From Bacteroidales bacterium (GTDB taxonomy: Bacteria > Bacteroidota > Bacteroidia > Bacteroidales > VadinHA17): DNA of 64,000 nucleotides. Positions 10,002 to 22,358 of this stretch are shown one piece after another. Both the position numbers and the translations under genes were made by a program. The stretch's first letter is position 1. The number at the start of each line of letters is the position of its first letter. The DNA is taken from positions 29,688 to 93,687 of the forward strand of contig JBFYPG010000006.1 in assembly GCA_041303415.1 (NCBI GenBank). The letters are read 5' to 3'. The notes under the pieces are model-generated. The model did no database searches and was not told where the DNA came from. It saw nothing but the letters and a program-made list of their open reading frames with translations.

Positions 10002-11534
10002 ATGAAACGGATCACCATAGTATTACTGGCAGTTTTCTTCTTCCTTGTGATATCAGGACTGCTTCTCATTCAGTTATCGTGGATCCGTAATGCCATCAGG
10101 ATCACTGATCAGCAATTCAGGCTTCTGGCTAACCAGGCGCTGGAGTCAGTAGTGCTCAGTCTCGAAGAAGATGAACTGATAAAAAGAATCGTTGATGAGG
10201 TTAATCCTGCCACATCTGATTCCGTTACAGCTGTCATCCCCGCAAATTCCCCGCTTGCAAAAAGGCTCAGGACCTACCAGCCCTATTCAGAGCTGCTGGA
10301 CCTTTATGGTCTTGAAAATCCTGAAGAGCCGATCACAATAACCAGCTCAGGACAGAGAATACTCATCACATCGGAAGAATCTGTTGAGACCTCGCCTGAA
10401 TCATTAAGTGCAGAACTGACCGGAAGGGTTTCCAACAAGATTGTCGTGCTTGAATCGATAATGGATAAAATACTGCGCAACACCCCTGACATAAAGGAAA
10501 GAATCGATCCCGGAACCCTGAGGACACTTATCAGAGAAACACTCACCAATGCAGGGATACCGCTCGATTTCGAATTCTCCGTCAGCTCCGGAAGGTCCGG
10601 CATCATTTACAGGACCCCGGGCTTTACAGATATCCCCGGCACAAACAAATTCATAAGGCAGCTCTTCCCCAACGATCCTGTCCCTGGCCAGCATCAGCTA
10701 GTTATGTACTGCCTTGACGAGCAGCAATACAAACTGAGGGAGGTCGGGAACCTGGGTTTCCTGTCATTGCTGTTCACCCTTATGCTCCTGCTGCTCGCCA
10801 CAGGCACCTTTATTGTGATATTCCGCCAGAAGAAGATCTCGGAAATAAGGAATGACTTCATCAACAACATGACACATGAGCTCAAAACCCCTATCTCAAC
10901 AATTTCCCTCGCATCGCAGATGATGGCCGATAAGACAATCCCTGATGAAAACAAAAATATTGATTCCCTGGCTAAGGTCATTTCCGATGAGAGCATGAGG
11001 CTTAAATTCCATGTGGAGAAAGTGCTCCAGATGGCAATATTTGAAAAGACAAAGATGAAATTCAATGTCTCGGAGATGGATGTCCATAAAATTATCAGCA
11101 ACGCCTGTGAAAACTTTGCACTTCAGATTGAAAGCCGCAACGGAAGCATAAAGAGGAATTTCGATGCAAAAAACAGCTTTATTCTGGTTGATGAGGAACA
11201 CTTCCTGAACGCGATCTCAAACCTGATAGACAATGCGATAAAATATTCCGAAAAAAATCCCGAGATAACAATATCAACCCGAAACACAAGAAAAGGCGTA
11301 ACCATCATCATTGAGGACAATGGCATCGGAATCAGCAGGGAAAACCTGAAGCGCATATATGACAAATTCTACCGCGTGCATTCAGGAAACCTTCATAATG
11401 TAAAAGGATTCGGACTCGGTTTAAGCTATGTAAAAGAGATCATTGACGGGCATAACGGCACTATCAGGGCTGAAAGCCAGGTTAACAAAGGCACAAAATT
11501 CACTTTATTTATTCCACAAAACGGATTGACATGA
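10002..11534 (+). CDS. sensor histidine kinase
   Basis: 510 aa. N-terminal TM, periplasmic region, second TM, H-box NMTHELKTPIS, and HATPase motifs (DNAIKY, EDNGIGI, GFGLGLS). Confidence 0.9.
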   Translation: MKRITIVLLAVFFFLVISGLLLIQLSWIRNAIRITDQQFRLLANQALESVVLSLEEDELIKRIVDEVNPATSDSVTAVIPANSPLAKRLRTYQPYSELLDLYGLENPEEPITITSSGQRILITSEESVETSPESLSAELTGRVSNKIVVLESIMDKILRNTPDIKERIDPGTLRTLIRETLTNAGIPLDFEFSVSSGRSGIIYRTPGFTDIPGTNKFIRQLFPNDPVPGQHQLVMYCLDEQQYKLREVGNLGFLSLLFTLMLLLLATGTFIVIFRQKKISEIRNDFINNMTHELKTPISTISLASQMMADKTIPDENKNIDSLAKVISDESMRLKFHVEKVLQMAIFEKTKMKFNVSEMDVHKIISNACENFALQIESRNGSIKRNFDAKNSFILVDEEHFLNAISNLIDNAIKYSEKNPEITISTRNTRKGVTIIIEDNGIGISRENLKRIYDKFYRVHSGNLHNVKGFGLGLSYVKEIIDGHNGTIRAESQVNKGTKFTLFIPQNGLT

Positions 11535-12217
11535 AAAGCATCAGGATTCTACTTGCCGAGGATGATACTAACCTTGGCTCGCTTCTGAGAAACTATCTGG
11601 CGGCCAAGAACATGGAGACATCGCTTTTTGGTAACGGCAGACAGGCTCTGGAAGCATTTTCCGTAAAGCAATATGACCTGTGCATCCTGGATATCATGAT
11701 GCCGGAGATGGACGGGCTTGCCCTGGCAAAAGAGGTAAGAAGGATCGATCCGGATATACCGGTCATTTTCCTCACTGCAAAAGGGCAGAAAGATGATATC
11801 CTGGAAGGATTCAAAACAGGAGCTGATGATTATATCACGAAACCGTTCCTTATGGAGGAACTGCTTTACAGAATACAGGCAATACTGAAAAGGACAAAAG
11901 GAACAATTTCTCCAAAGAAAGAAGATAAATACACTCTTGGCGGATACACTTTTGAACCGCTTAAACAGCTGCTGGCTTACGGTGATGAATCAATAAAGCT
12001 CACGACCAAGGAGTCGGAACTGCTGGAACTCCTCTGCCAGCACGGGAATGAGGTACTTGAACGCAATTTTGCCCTGAAGTCCATCTGGATCGATGATAAC
12101 TACTTCAATGCCAGAAGTATGGATGTGTACATTACAAGACTCAGAAAATACCTGAAGAATGATCCTTCAGTAAAGATCCTCAATGTTCACGGCAGGGGAT
12201 ACAAGCTGATAAAATAA
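11531..12217 (+). CDS. response regulator transcription factor (OmpR/PhoB family)
   Basis: 228 aa. Receiver domain (LLAEDD, LDIMMP, KP) plus a winged-helix C-terminus. ATGA start/stop overlap with the kinase gene. Confidence 0.92.
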   Translation: MKSIRILLAEDDTNLGSLLRNYLAAKNMETSLFGNGRQALEAFSVKQYDLCILDIMMPEMDGLALAKEVRRIDPDIPVIFLTAKGQKDDILEGFKTGADDYITKPFLMEELLYRIQAILKRTKGTISPKKEDKYTLGGYTFEPLKQLLAYGDESIKLTTKESELLELLCQHGNEVLERNFALKSIWIDDNYFNARSMDVYITRLRKYLKNDPSVKILNVHGRGYKLIK

Positions 12218-12239
12218 TATTTTTTTCACAAAAGCAAAT

Positions 12240-14027
<1,788 letters not shown>

Positions 14028-14055
14028 CAGTTTCCTGAATACAAATCAGGTGCAA

Positions 14056-14103
14056 ATATATAAAAATAGTGGTAGAGGCGTTGCGTGCAACGCCTCTACC
14101 ACT
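14056..14103 (-). terminator. rho-independent terminator after groL
   Basis: A 15-17-bp perfect palindrome AGTGGTAGAGGCGTTGC..GCAACGCCTCTACCACT (14068-14103). On the minus strand it is followed by ATTTTTATATAT. Confidence 0.7.
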
Positions 14104-14129
14104 ATATCATGGAATCCAAATCTGATGTT

Positions 14130-15785
<1,656 letters not shown>

Positions 15786-15789
15786 TCAA

Positions 15790-16068
15790 TTAAGCAATAA
15801 AAAGAATATCTGACTGTGAGATAAGCAGATAGTCTTCTCCATCAATGGTGAGCTCCTGCCCTGAGTATTTTCCGTAGAGGACAACGTCGCCTTTCTTGAC
15901 TTCCATTTCCTCATCTTTTTTTGCTGCTCCCACAAGAACAACTTTTCCCTGACGGGGTTTTTCCTTTGCGGAATCAGGAATGATTATTCCGCTGGCAGTT
16001 TTAGCTTCAGCTTCATCAGGTTTTACAAGAACCTTTCCTGCCAGAATTTTACCTTTTAATTGTGCCAT
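15790..16068 (-). CDS. groES: co-chaperonin GroES
   Basis: 92 aa. GroES mobile-loop region ([16 protein letters not shown]). 25 nt upstream of groL. Confidence 0.95.
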   Translation of the reverse strand: MAQLKGKILAGKVLVKPDEAEAKTASGIIIPDSAKEKPRQGKVVLVGAAKKDEEMEVKKGDVVLYGKYSGQELTIDGEDYLLISQSDILFIA

Positions 16069-16112
16069 GTTTATTTAGTTTTAAAGTTAGTCCGATATGA
16101 CGAAGCCTTTCA

Positions 16113-16128
16113 AGCATATTTTATGCCA
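16113..16128 (-). promoter_or_regulatory. possible sigma-54 type -24/-12 promoter upstream of groES
   Basis: The minus strand reads TGGCATAAAATATGCT. GG and GC have the canonical spacing (consensus TGGCAC-N5-TTGCW). The motif ends about 45 nt upstream of the groES ATG. Motif match only. Confidence 0.25.
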
Positions 16129-16151
16129 AACCCGGAAAAGTGCCAGAAACT

Positions 16152-16187
16152 AAAAAAAAAGTGACAGTAATATGACAAACTGACACT
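16152..16187 (-). terminator. putative rho-independent terminator after secG
   Basis: The minus strand reads AGTGTCAG (loop 12 nt) CTGTCACT, 7 of 8 bp paired, followed by a T8 run. Confidence 0.55.
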
Positions 16188-16213
16188 TTATAAGAAAATT
16201 ATTTCATGGATTA

Positions 16214-16579
16214 TCAGTTTTCCGGCTGGTCTGTTCCTTCCGAAGGAGTTGTTGATGTCTGAGGCACTGCCGTAGGGAGAGTCGGTATCGCGTTAGGATC
16301 AATGGCATTGTCGATCTGGTTCTGGATCCTTGATTGCTGTGCTTCAGTACCGCGGGGAATAGCTGCTGTAGCAACAACACAAAGAATGAGTATTGTTGCT
16401 CCTATGGTCCAGGTCGATTTCTCAAGAAAATCTGCAGTCTTGCGTATTCCCATTGTCTGACCTGTTGAAGTAAAATTGGCAGCCAGCCCTCCACCCTTTG
16501 AATTCTGAACAAGTACAACAAGTATCTGAAGGACGCAAGCAACAATGATCACTACCGATACAAAAACATATATTCCCAT
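16214..16579 (-). CDS. secG: preprotein translocase subunit SecG
   Basis: 121 aa. N-terminal TM followed by LVQNSKGGGLA, characteristic of SecG, then a second TM helix. Confidence 0.8.
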   Translation of the reverse strand: MGIYVFVSVVIIVACVLQILVVLVQNSKGGGLAANFTSTGQTMGIRKTADFLEKSTWTIGATILILCVVATAAIPRGTEAQQSRIQNQIDNAIDPNAIPTLPTAVPQTSTTPSEGTDQPEN

Positions 16580-16583
16580 CTTG

Positions 16584-17507
16584 TCACTTTTTTAATAATT
16601 CTTTCACCTTTTCAATTTGCGACGCAAAGTAACTGCTTTTTTCCGGAAATTTCAAACTTAATGTCTCATAAATATCTATTGCCCTGGAGTAATATCCCTG
16701 GTTGGTATAAATTCTTGCAAGCGTTTCTGTCACAAAAGCGCCTCTTTCCTCCGTGAACGGTTTGGAAATATCCGGCAGGGGCGTTTCGGTCTTTTCCTTT
16801 ACAGGTTCGATCCTGGGATTGGCATGAATGAATTTATCGATCAGGTCTGACTGCAGTTTCCTGACGTCAGTATTTTCTGTTTTCTTTTCTTCATCTCCGG
16901 ATTCCGGTGCAGGCATTTCTGCTTCAATATCTAGCTCAAGCAGGTCTTCAGCCTCCTCTGATGCTGCAGCGAATCCGGGGTCCATGAATATTACCCTTTC
17001 TTCTTCCTCGCCTGATTCTTCATCAATGATCAGCACTGTTGCAACTGAATCGCCGTTGTCAGATTCTGCCTGAATGGTTACAGGCCTCAACAATTGATGG
17101 GACCCTTCTGCCGGGGTCTCAGGGTAAATGCCGGCATCGGGATTTTTCTCGATCTCGCTTATAAGCTCCTCGCTGTTCATCCCTGTCTCAATAACCACCT
17201 GCTGGCTGTCCTCCATGACCTGCGTTGCGACGCCCTGCTTCAGAACAGTCACCTCAGGCTCCTGCTGTTTCCTGCTCTCTTTTTTCAGGAAATAATATAA
17301 AACTTCCCTGTCAGCAATGTGCATTGCCGAGAGCTTCAGCTGGTTTTCAAACTTCACGTCGGATGTGTTGCTGAGCCCCTTCAGCATAAGCAGGTATGCA
17401 CTCTGGAAATAGGGAAAAATATCGATGAGCTCGCTGACCTCGCTGATCGCCTGACGGTCAGCAGGACCCGAACTTTCGATCATCCTGAGAAAATCGCTCC
17501 TGTTCAT
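16584..17507 (-). CDS. hypothetical protein with an acidic low-complexity centre and a C-terminal TPR-like motif
   Basis: 307 aa. The C-terminus ARIYTNQGYYSRAIDIYETLSLKFPEKSSY looks like a TPR unit. The central region is rich in E/D. Confidence 0.6.
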   Translation of the reverse strand: MNRSDFLRMIESSGPADRQAISEVSELIDIFPYFQSAYLLMLKGLSNTSDVKFENQLKLSAMHIADREVLYYFLKKESRKQQEPEVTVLKQGVATQVMEDSQQVVIETGMNSEELISEIEKNPDAGIYPETPAEGSHQLLRPVTIQAESDNGDSVATVLIIDEESGEEEERVIFMDPGFAAASEEAEDLLELDIEAEMPAPESGDEEKKTENTDVRKLQSDLIDKFIHANPRIEPVKEKTETPLPDISKPFTEERGAFVTETLARIYTNQGYYSRAIDIYETLSLKFPEKSSYFASQIEKVKELLKK

Positions 17508-17514
17508 AACACGG

Positions 17515-18009
17515 TTACCAGTTCACAAATGCCTTATTGAATATATCCTCAACCAGAAGCTCAACAATCTTGTCTGAAAGTTCTTTCTCCACAGCGCTCA
17601 GATCTCTTTCGCTCGGATAATCTTCATACCTTGAGAAACTCTGCTCGTAAGTGTATTGAGGATCAACTGAATTGGTGAATTTCACCCTCACGGTTATTGT
17701 AAACCTGTTTGATGCTGCCTGTGCATCGGCCGAAACAGTAAGGGGAACAGTGTTATAACCTGTTATCTCACCCTCAAAGTCAGCATCACCCATACCGTTT
17801 ACAATACTGAGGTTTGTCTGTGCCTTGCATTTGTCTATCAGTGCATCAGTGATATACTGGCTCAGCCCAGGCTGAACCAGGTCGGCCCTGTTCTGAAAAT
17901 ACTGTATGCTCACAGTCCCTAAGCCCTCGGTGCTTGCACCTGAAAACGAATATGAGATATGGCATCCTCCGGCAGAGAGAAAAACGGGAACAACCAGGGC
18001 CGGAACCAT
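17515..18009 (-). CDS. LptE-like lipoprotein (putative LPS assembly lipoprotein)
   Basis: The track ORF is 17515..18054. I prefer the internal ATG at 18009 (MVPALVVPVFLSAGGC lipobox) because it removes the overlap with the upstream gene. The family call rests on size, lipobox and the conserved neighbourhood in Bacteroidota. Confidence 0.5.
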   Translation of the reverse strand: MVPALVVPVFLSAGGCHISYSFSGASTEGLGTVSIQYFQNRADLVQPGLSQYITDALIDKCKAQTNLSIVNGMGDADFEGEITGYNTVPLTVSADAQAASNRFTITVRVKFTNSVDPQYTYEQSFSRYEDYPSERDLSAVEKELSDKIVELLVEDIFNKAFVNW

Positions 18010-18037
18010 GATGCTTCTGACAAAAGATGTGATTCTG

Positions 18038-19279
18038 TTACATTTCAATCCCATATTCCTTTATTTTGCGGTAAAGCGTCCGTTCTGAAATTCCAAGCTC
18101 ATTTGCAGCAAGCTTGCGCTTGCCGTTGAATTTCTCAAGGGCTTTCCTTATCATCTCAACTTCCTTGTCGGCAAGCGACAATGATTCCTCGACTATCTCC
18201 TCGGTATCCTGGATATTGTCCCTCCCCTGCCTCGAAGAAAATTCCGTCGTCTCTTCATCCTGTATGGCAGCACTCCTTCTTTCATGTGATTCCCTGAACA
18301 GATTCTTCATGATCCGGGTGCTGGACTCATCGACTGCAATATCATTGTCACCGTGCTGGATCAGGTCGTATACCAGTTTCTTCAGATCATTCATGTCGCT
18401 TTTCATATCGAAAAGGATCTTGTAGAGTATCTCCCTTTCCGACGAGAATGATTTGTCATCATCCCTTCTGATGACTGCAGGAAGCTTCACACCGTCATAA
18501 TCGGGAAGATATGCCTTAAGGACACTCGGTCTGATGTCGCGTTCCTGCTCAATTATTGATATCTGTTCGGTTATGTTCTTCAGCTGTCTGACGTTTCCCG
18601 GCCAGGAATAACCAATCAATATGTTTCTTGCCTCCGGCTCAAGCCTGATGGCAGGCATCCGGTATTTTTCCGCAAAATCAACAGCGAATTTCCTGAACAG
18701 GAGAAAAATATCGTCTCCCCTTTCACGCAGGGGAGGTATCCGTATTGGAACCGTATTGAGCCTGTAATAGAGATCTTCCCTGAACCTGCCCTGGTCTATC
18801 GCCCTGGGCACATCCGTGTTGCTGGCAGCAATAACCCTGACATCTGTTTTCTGGACCTTTGAAGAGCCAACCCGTATGAATTCACCAGTTTCAAGAACTC
18901 TTAAAAGACGAACCTGGGTCGAGAGCGGCAGTTCGGCAACCTCATCCAGGAAAATGGTGCCTTTGTCGGCCACCTCAAAATACCCTTTTCTGCTGTCGGT
19001 AGCCCCTGTAAATGAGCCCTTTTCATGTCCGAACAGCTCTGAATCAATGGTACCTTCCGGAATAGCTCCGCAGTTGACGGCAATATAGGGACCATGCTTT
19101 CTTGCACTGTGGTTGTGAATGACCTGCGGAAAAACCTCCTTACCGGTTCCGCTTTCACCGGTTATAAGTACTGAAAGATCGGTTGGCGCTACCTGAACGG
19201 CAATATCAATGGCACGGTTGAGCCCCTCATTATTACCAATAATGCTAAACCTCTGCTTAATATTTTGAAGATCTTTCAT
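18038..19279 (-). CDS. sigma-54-dependent transcriptional activator (AAA+ enhancer-binding protein) without an N-terminal sensory domain
   Basis: 413 aa. Walker A GESGTGKE starts near residue 42. Also ELFGHEKGSFTGA (GAFTGA-type loop) and a C-terminal Fis-type HTH (LGISERTLYRKIKEYGI). Confidence 0.9.
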   Translation of the reverse strand: MKDLQNIKQRFSIIGNNEGLNRAIDIAVQVAPTDLSVLITGESGTGKEVFPQVIHNHSARKHGPYIAVNCGAIPEGTIDSELFGHEKGSFTGATDSRKGYFEVADKGTIFLDEVAELPLSTQVRLLRVLETGEFIRVGSSKVQKTDVRVIAASNTDVPRAIDQGRFREDLYYRLNTVPIRIPPLRERGDDIFLLFRKFAVDFAEKYRMPAIRLEPEARNILIGYSWPGNVRQLKNITEQISIIEQERDIRPSVLKAYLPDYDGVKLPAVIRRDDDKSFSSEREILYKILFDMKSDMNDLKKLVYDLIQHGDNDIAVDESSTRIMKNLFRESHERRSAAIQDEETTEFSSRQGRDNIQDTEEIVEESLSLADKEVEMIRKALEKFNGKRKLAANELGISERTLYRKIKEYGIEM

Positions 19280-19353
19280 GTACCTGCGAACAAATGCGCA
19301 AATTTAAGTTTTTTTTAAGACATAGGGAAATGCATTTTTCTTAAATTCGCAGG

Positions 19354-20118
19354 ATGAGACAATACCGATTTGCCGGCATTATTCCGGCACGCTATGCATC
19401 AAAACGGTTCCCCGGAAAACCTCTTGCCCTTATAGGCGGCAGGACGATGGTCCGGAGAGTGTATGAGCAGATAAGCCGGTCAGTTGATCTTGTTTATGTG
19501 GCAACCGACGACACCAGGATATTTGATGAAGTCCGGAGATTCGGAGGCAATGCCGTAATGACCTCAGCTGAACATCAGAGTGGCACCGACCGTTGCGCTG
19601 AAGCTGCGGAAAAAATTACCCGCGAGACCGGCGAAAAGTTCGATGTCGTGATTAACATTCAGGGTGATGAGCCTTTTATAATGCCTGGACAAATAGAACT
19701 GCTGAAATCATGTTTTGCATCAGGGGACACTGGTATCGCAACACTGATCAGGAAATGCAGGCCAGAAGAGGACCTCTTCAATCCCAATCAGCCTAAAGTC
19801 ATTATCGATTCTGAAGGCAATGCTATTTATTTCAGCCGGACAGCAATTCCTTATATAAGGGATCATGAACCGGGCCAATGGTCTTATGTGCATGTTTTTT
19901 ACAAGCATGTCGGCCTCTATGCATACACTCTTGATGCGCTTAAATCAATAACCGGGCTTCCTGTAAGCAAGCTTGAAAAAGCTGAATCGCTTGAGCAGAA
20001 CAGATGGCTTGAGAACGGCTTCAGGATAAGGACAGCGTTAACGGATTTCGAAAGCATCGGCGTTGATACGCCTGAAGACCTGAAGAGGGCGATCAGCCAT
20101 CTTGAGCATTTTAAATAA
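19354..20118 (+). CDS. kdsB: 3-deoxy-manno-octulosonate cytidylyltransferase
   Basis: 254 aa. IIPARYASKRFPGKPL and NIQGDEP motifs. Confidence 0.92.
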   Translation: MRQYRFAGIIPARYASKRFPGKPLALIGGRTMVRRVYEQISRSVDLVYVATDDTRIFDEVRRFGGNAVMTSAEHQSGTDRCAEAAEKITRETGEKFDVVINIQGDEPFIMPGQIELLKSCFASGDTGIATLIRKCRPEEDLFNPNQPKVIIDSEGNAIYFSRTAIPYIRDHEPGQWSYVHVFYKHVGLYAYTLDALKSITGLPVSKLEKAESLEQNRWLENGFRIRTALTDFESIGVDTPEDLKRAISHLEHFK

Positions 20119-20169
20119 AAAATTACTAACTTTAGCACACTTTTTGATGTGAATCACTAAACGGTATCA

Positions 20170-20538
20170 ATGAAAAAGAGTATACTCCTTGCTTTTCTGC
20201 TCATTTTTACCATTGCCCTTCAGGCTCAGAAGGATACCATTCTTTATTCTGTCCCTGTAATTCAGAAGAATGCATATGCCGAAGCTGCAGGCAGCCTTAA
20301 CATATATCCGGTGCCCGTTCGTGAAAACCACTTTACTATAAAAAGCCTCAAGGATATCTCATTCGTGAAGATAACCAATATCATCGGACAGGATATTTTC
20401 AAAACTCAATACAGCAATCCGCAAAACATCATCAGGATAGACCTTGATAATCCTCAGCGAGGGATGTACCTGGTTACAGTCATCTTTGATGACAATGTAA
20501 GAGTCGTGAAAAAAATTATGATTGAACAATCCGAATAA
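20170..20538 (+). CDS. small secreted protein consisting of a T9SS type A C-terminal sorting domain
   Basis: 122 aa. Signal peptide (cleavage after ALQA), about 20 residues, then a CTD-like sequence (LNIYPVPVRENHFTIKS ... GMYLVTVIFDDNVRVVKKIMIE). Confidence 0.7.
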   Translation: MKKSILLAFLLIFTIALQAQKDTILYSVPVIQKNAYAEAAGSLNIYPVPVRENHFTIKSLKDISFVKITNIIGQDIFKTQYSNPQNIIRIDLDNPQRGMYLVTVIFDDNVRVVKKIMIEQSE

Positions 20539-20639
20539 TTATTTATTTTCGTGTACTATGACGGATTTTCGGGGGAAAATTCCGCATTGATCAGTTTTTT
20601 TTATCTCTTCACCGGATCTCGATAAATAATATTCCGGGG

Positions 20640-21587
20640 ATGATGTATAATATGAATATGACTTTAAAATTTCTTCAATCTTTAGCCATGGAAGAAGGAA
20701 GCAGCATTTTTTCGATCAGGGATCTTGAGAATTTCTCAGGCATCAAAGCCCATACAATAAGGATGTGGGAAAAGCGATACCACATCCTTGAACCTGACAG
20801 GACAGATTCAAACATCAGAACTTACAATGAAACAGAACTGAAGAAAATACTTAATGTATCATTCCTGAACAGGCACGGAATTAAAATATCCGGGATCGCA
20901 AGGCTTGATGAAGACGAGCTCACACAGCAGGTAGTGGCGTTAAGCAGCATCAGTGAAGAGACAAACCATGATTTTCACCCCGGGAAGCTGCTGATGTCGG
21001 CACTGAAATTCAACGAAGAACTCTTCAAGGAGGTGCTGATGCCTTTCATAACTGATATGGGAATTGAGGAAGCATACTCCAGATTTTTCCATCCTTTGCT
21101 TGAAAAAGCTAGGATTTTGTGGCAGACAGGCAGTCTGTCACGTGCCCAGGAGCAATTTATCCGGAATGTGATCAGGAATCTCATTATAATTGAGGACAAT
21201 CTGCTTAAACCCGGCGCCTCCGCGGCAAAACCTGCAATTGCCATGATAAATACTTCAGACCTGCTGTCTGACAGCAATTTCCTGTTTTACAAATATGTTC
21301 TTAAAAAACGAGGTTTTGATGTTGTATTCACCGGAGGCATTCTGCCTGCCTCGGAAGTTATTGAGATATACAAGATCAAGCCTTTTGAATACCTTGTAGT
21401 AAACTCAAGCAGCTTTGATTTTGCCAGGAACAGGGTCGCCTATTTCAACAACCTGGGCAAGTCGCTGATGATCAAAAAGATCATCTTTACTGACTCCCCC
21501 GAGGAAGCTGAACAGAAATATTACGATAAAATGATAATCATCAGGAATCCTGCCGGCTTCCTGAAGCTGATCGATGACCTGGCCTAG
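20640..21587 (+). CDS. MerR family transcriptional regulator with a C-terminal B12-binding-like (Rossmann-like) domain
   Basis: 315 aa. MerR HTH FSIRDLENFSGIKAHTIRMWEKRY. The real start may be the ATG at 20688 (MEEGSSIF). Confidence 0.8.
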   Translation: MMYNMNMTLKFLQSLAMEEGSSIFSIRDLENFSGIKAHTIRMWEKRYHILEPDRTDSNIRTYNETELKKILNVSFLNRHGIKISGIARLDEDELTQQVVALSSISEETNHDFHPGKLLMSALKFNEELFKEVLMPFITDMGIEEAYSRFFHPLLEKARILWQTGSLSRAQEQFIRNVIRNLIIIEDNLLKPGASAAKPAIAMINTSDLLSDSNFLFYKYVLKKRGFDVVFTGGILPASEVIEIYKIKPFEYLVVNSSSFDFARNRVAYFNNLGKSLMIKKIIFTDSPEEAEQKYYDKMIIIRNPAGFLKLIDDLA

Positions 21588-22358
21588 CTAATCTACTTTT
21601 ACCGTTACTGATTCGGCTATTTCAAGGGCTGTGGTAAACGTGCTGAGGTCCCTGAACAATTCTCCGGTTTTTCCGGAATAATGACTGTGTCCTACAGGCT
21701 TCATCGTATATGATCCGCCGCCTGATTTGCCGTTGACAACAGCTTCATAGACAAGGGCAGGCTGGCACGACCATTTATAATTCTCATCATCAGGATACTT
21801 GTCATTGGTCCAGAAGTCATTCCAGTCCCAGTTCTGGTTTATCTCAAGCATAACCCTGTATTCATCGGGCAGGGGGCCGTCGGCACGGGAGGTAAGCACA
21901 AAACCCGTCACCGGAGTGGCTCCTGTATAAGCATCAGGAACAACAGTATTCTCATCAGGCATATAGAGACCGTCCGAAGCCTGTATGCCTCTTTTATGAG
22001 CCCAGTAAGGAAGCGTCTGCGGCGCCCTTTTTGCCGCTGTTATCCATTTGTTGTTTTCTGTTGATGCATACATGAATATGCCCGTAGCAACTGATTTAGC
22101 CACATAAAGAGTCTGTATGTACCTGCCATCCATATCCTCAAGCCATATTGCGAAAAGAGGATAGTAAAAAGATTCTCCCCTGGTCAGTTCTACAACTATC
22201 TCTGGACCTTTGCCGTCAGGATTCGATGTCAGAGTCGTTTTCTCCTCCTCAGCCTGAGGGTTGTTTTTCACTGCACCAGTCGTACAGGCCACCGCTGCCA
22301 GCGATATAACTGCAAATATTGAAATTATCCTGTTCATCTTATAAAAACTAAAATTCAA
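21588..22358 (-). CDS. hypothetical lipoprotein (DUF2271-like motif)
   Basis: 256 aa. Signal/lipobox AAVACT. FAIWLEDMDGRYIQTLYV resembles the DUF2271 core motif. Overlaps the TonB-receptor stop by 11 nt, so the two are probably co-transcribed. Confidence 0.55.
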   Translation of the reverse strand: MNFSFYKMNRIISIFAVISLAAVACTTGAVKNNPQAEEEKTTLTSNPDGKGPEIVVELTRGESFYYPLFAIWLEDMDGRYIQTLYVAKSVATGIFMYASTENNKWITAAKRAPQTLPYWAHKRGIQASDGLYMPDENTVVPDAYTGATPVTGFVLTSRADGPLPDEYRVMLEINQNWDWNDFWTNDKYPDDENYKWSCQPALVYEAVVNGKSGGGSYTMKPVGHSHYSGKTGELFRDLSTFTTALEIAESVTVKVD

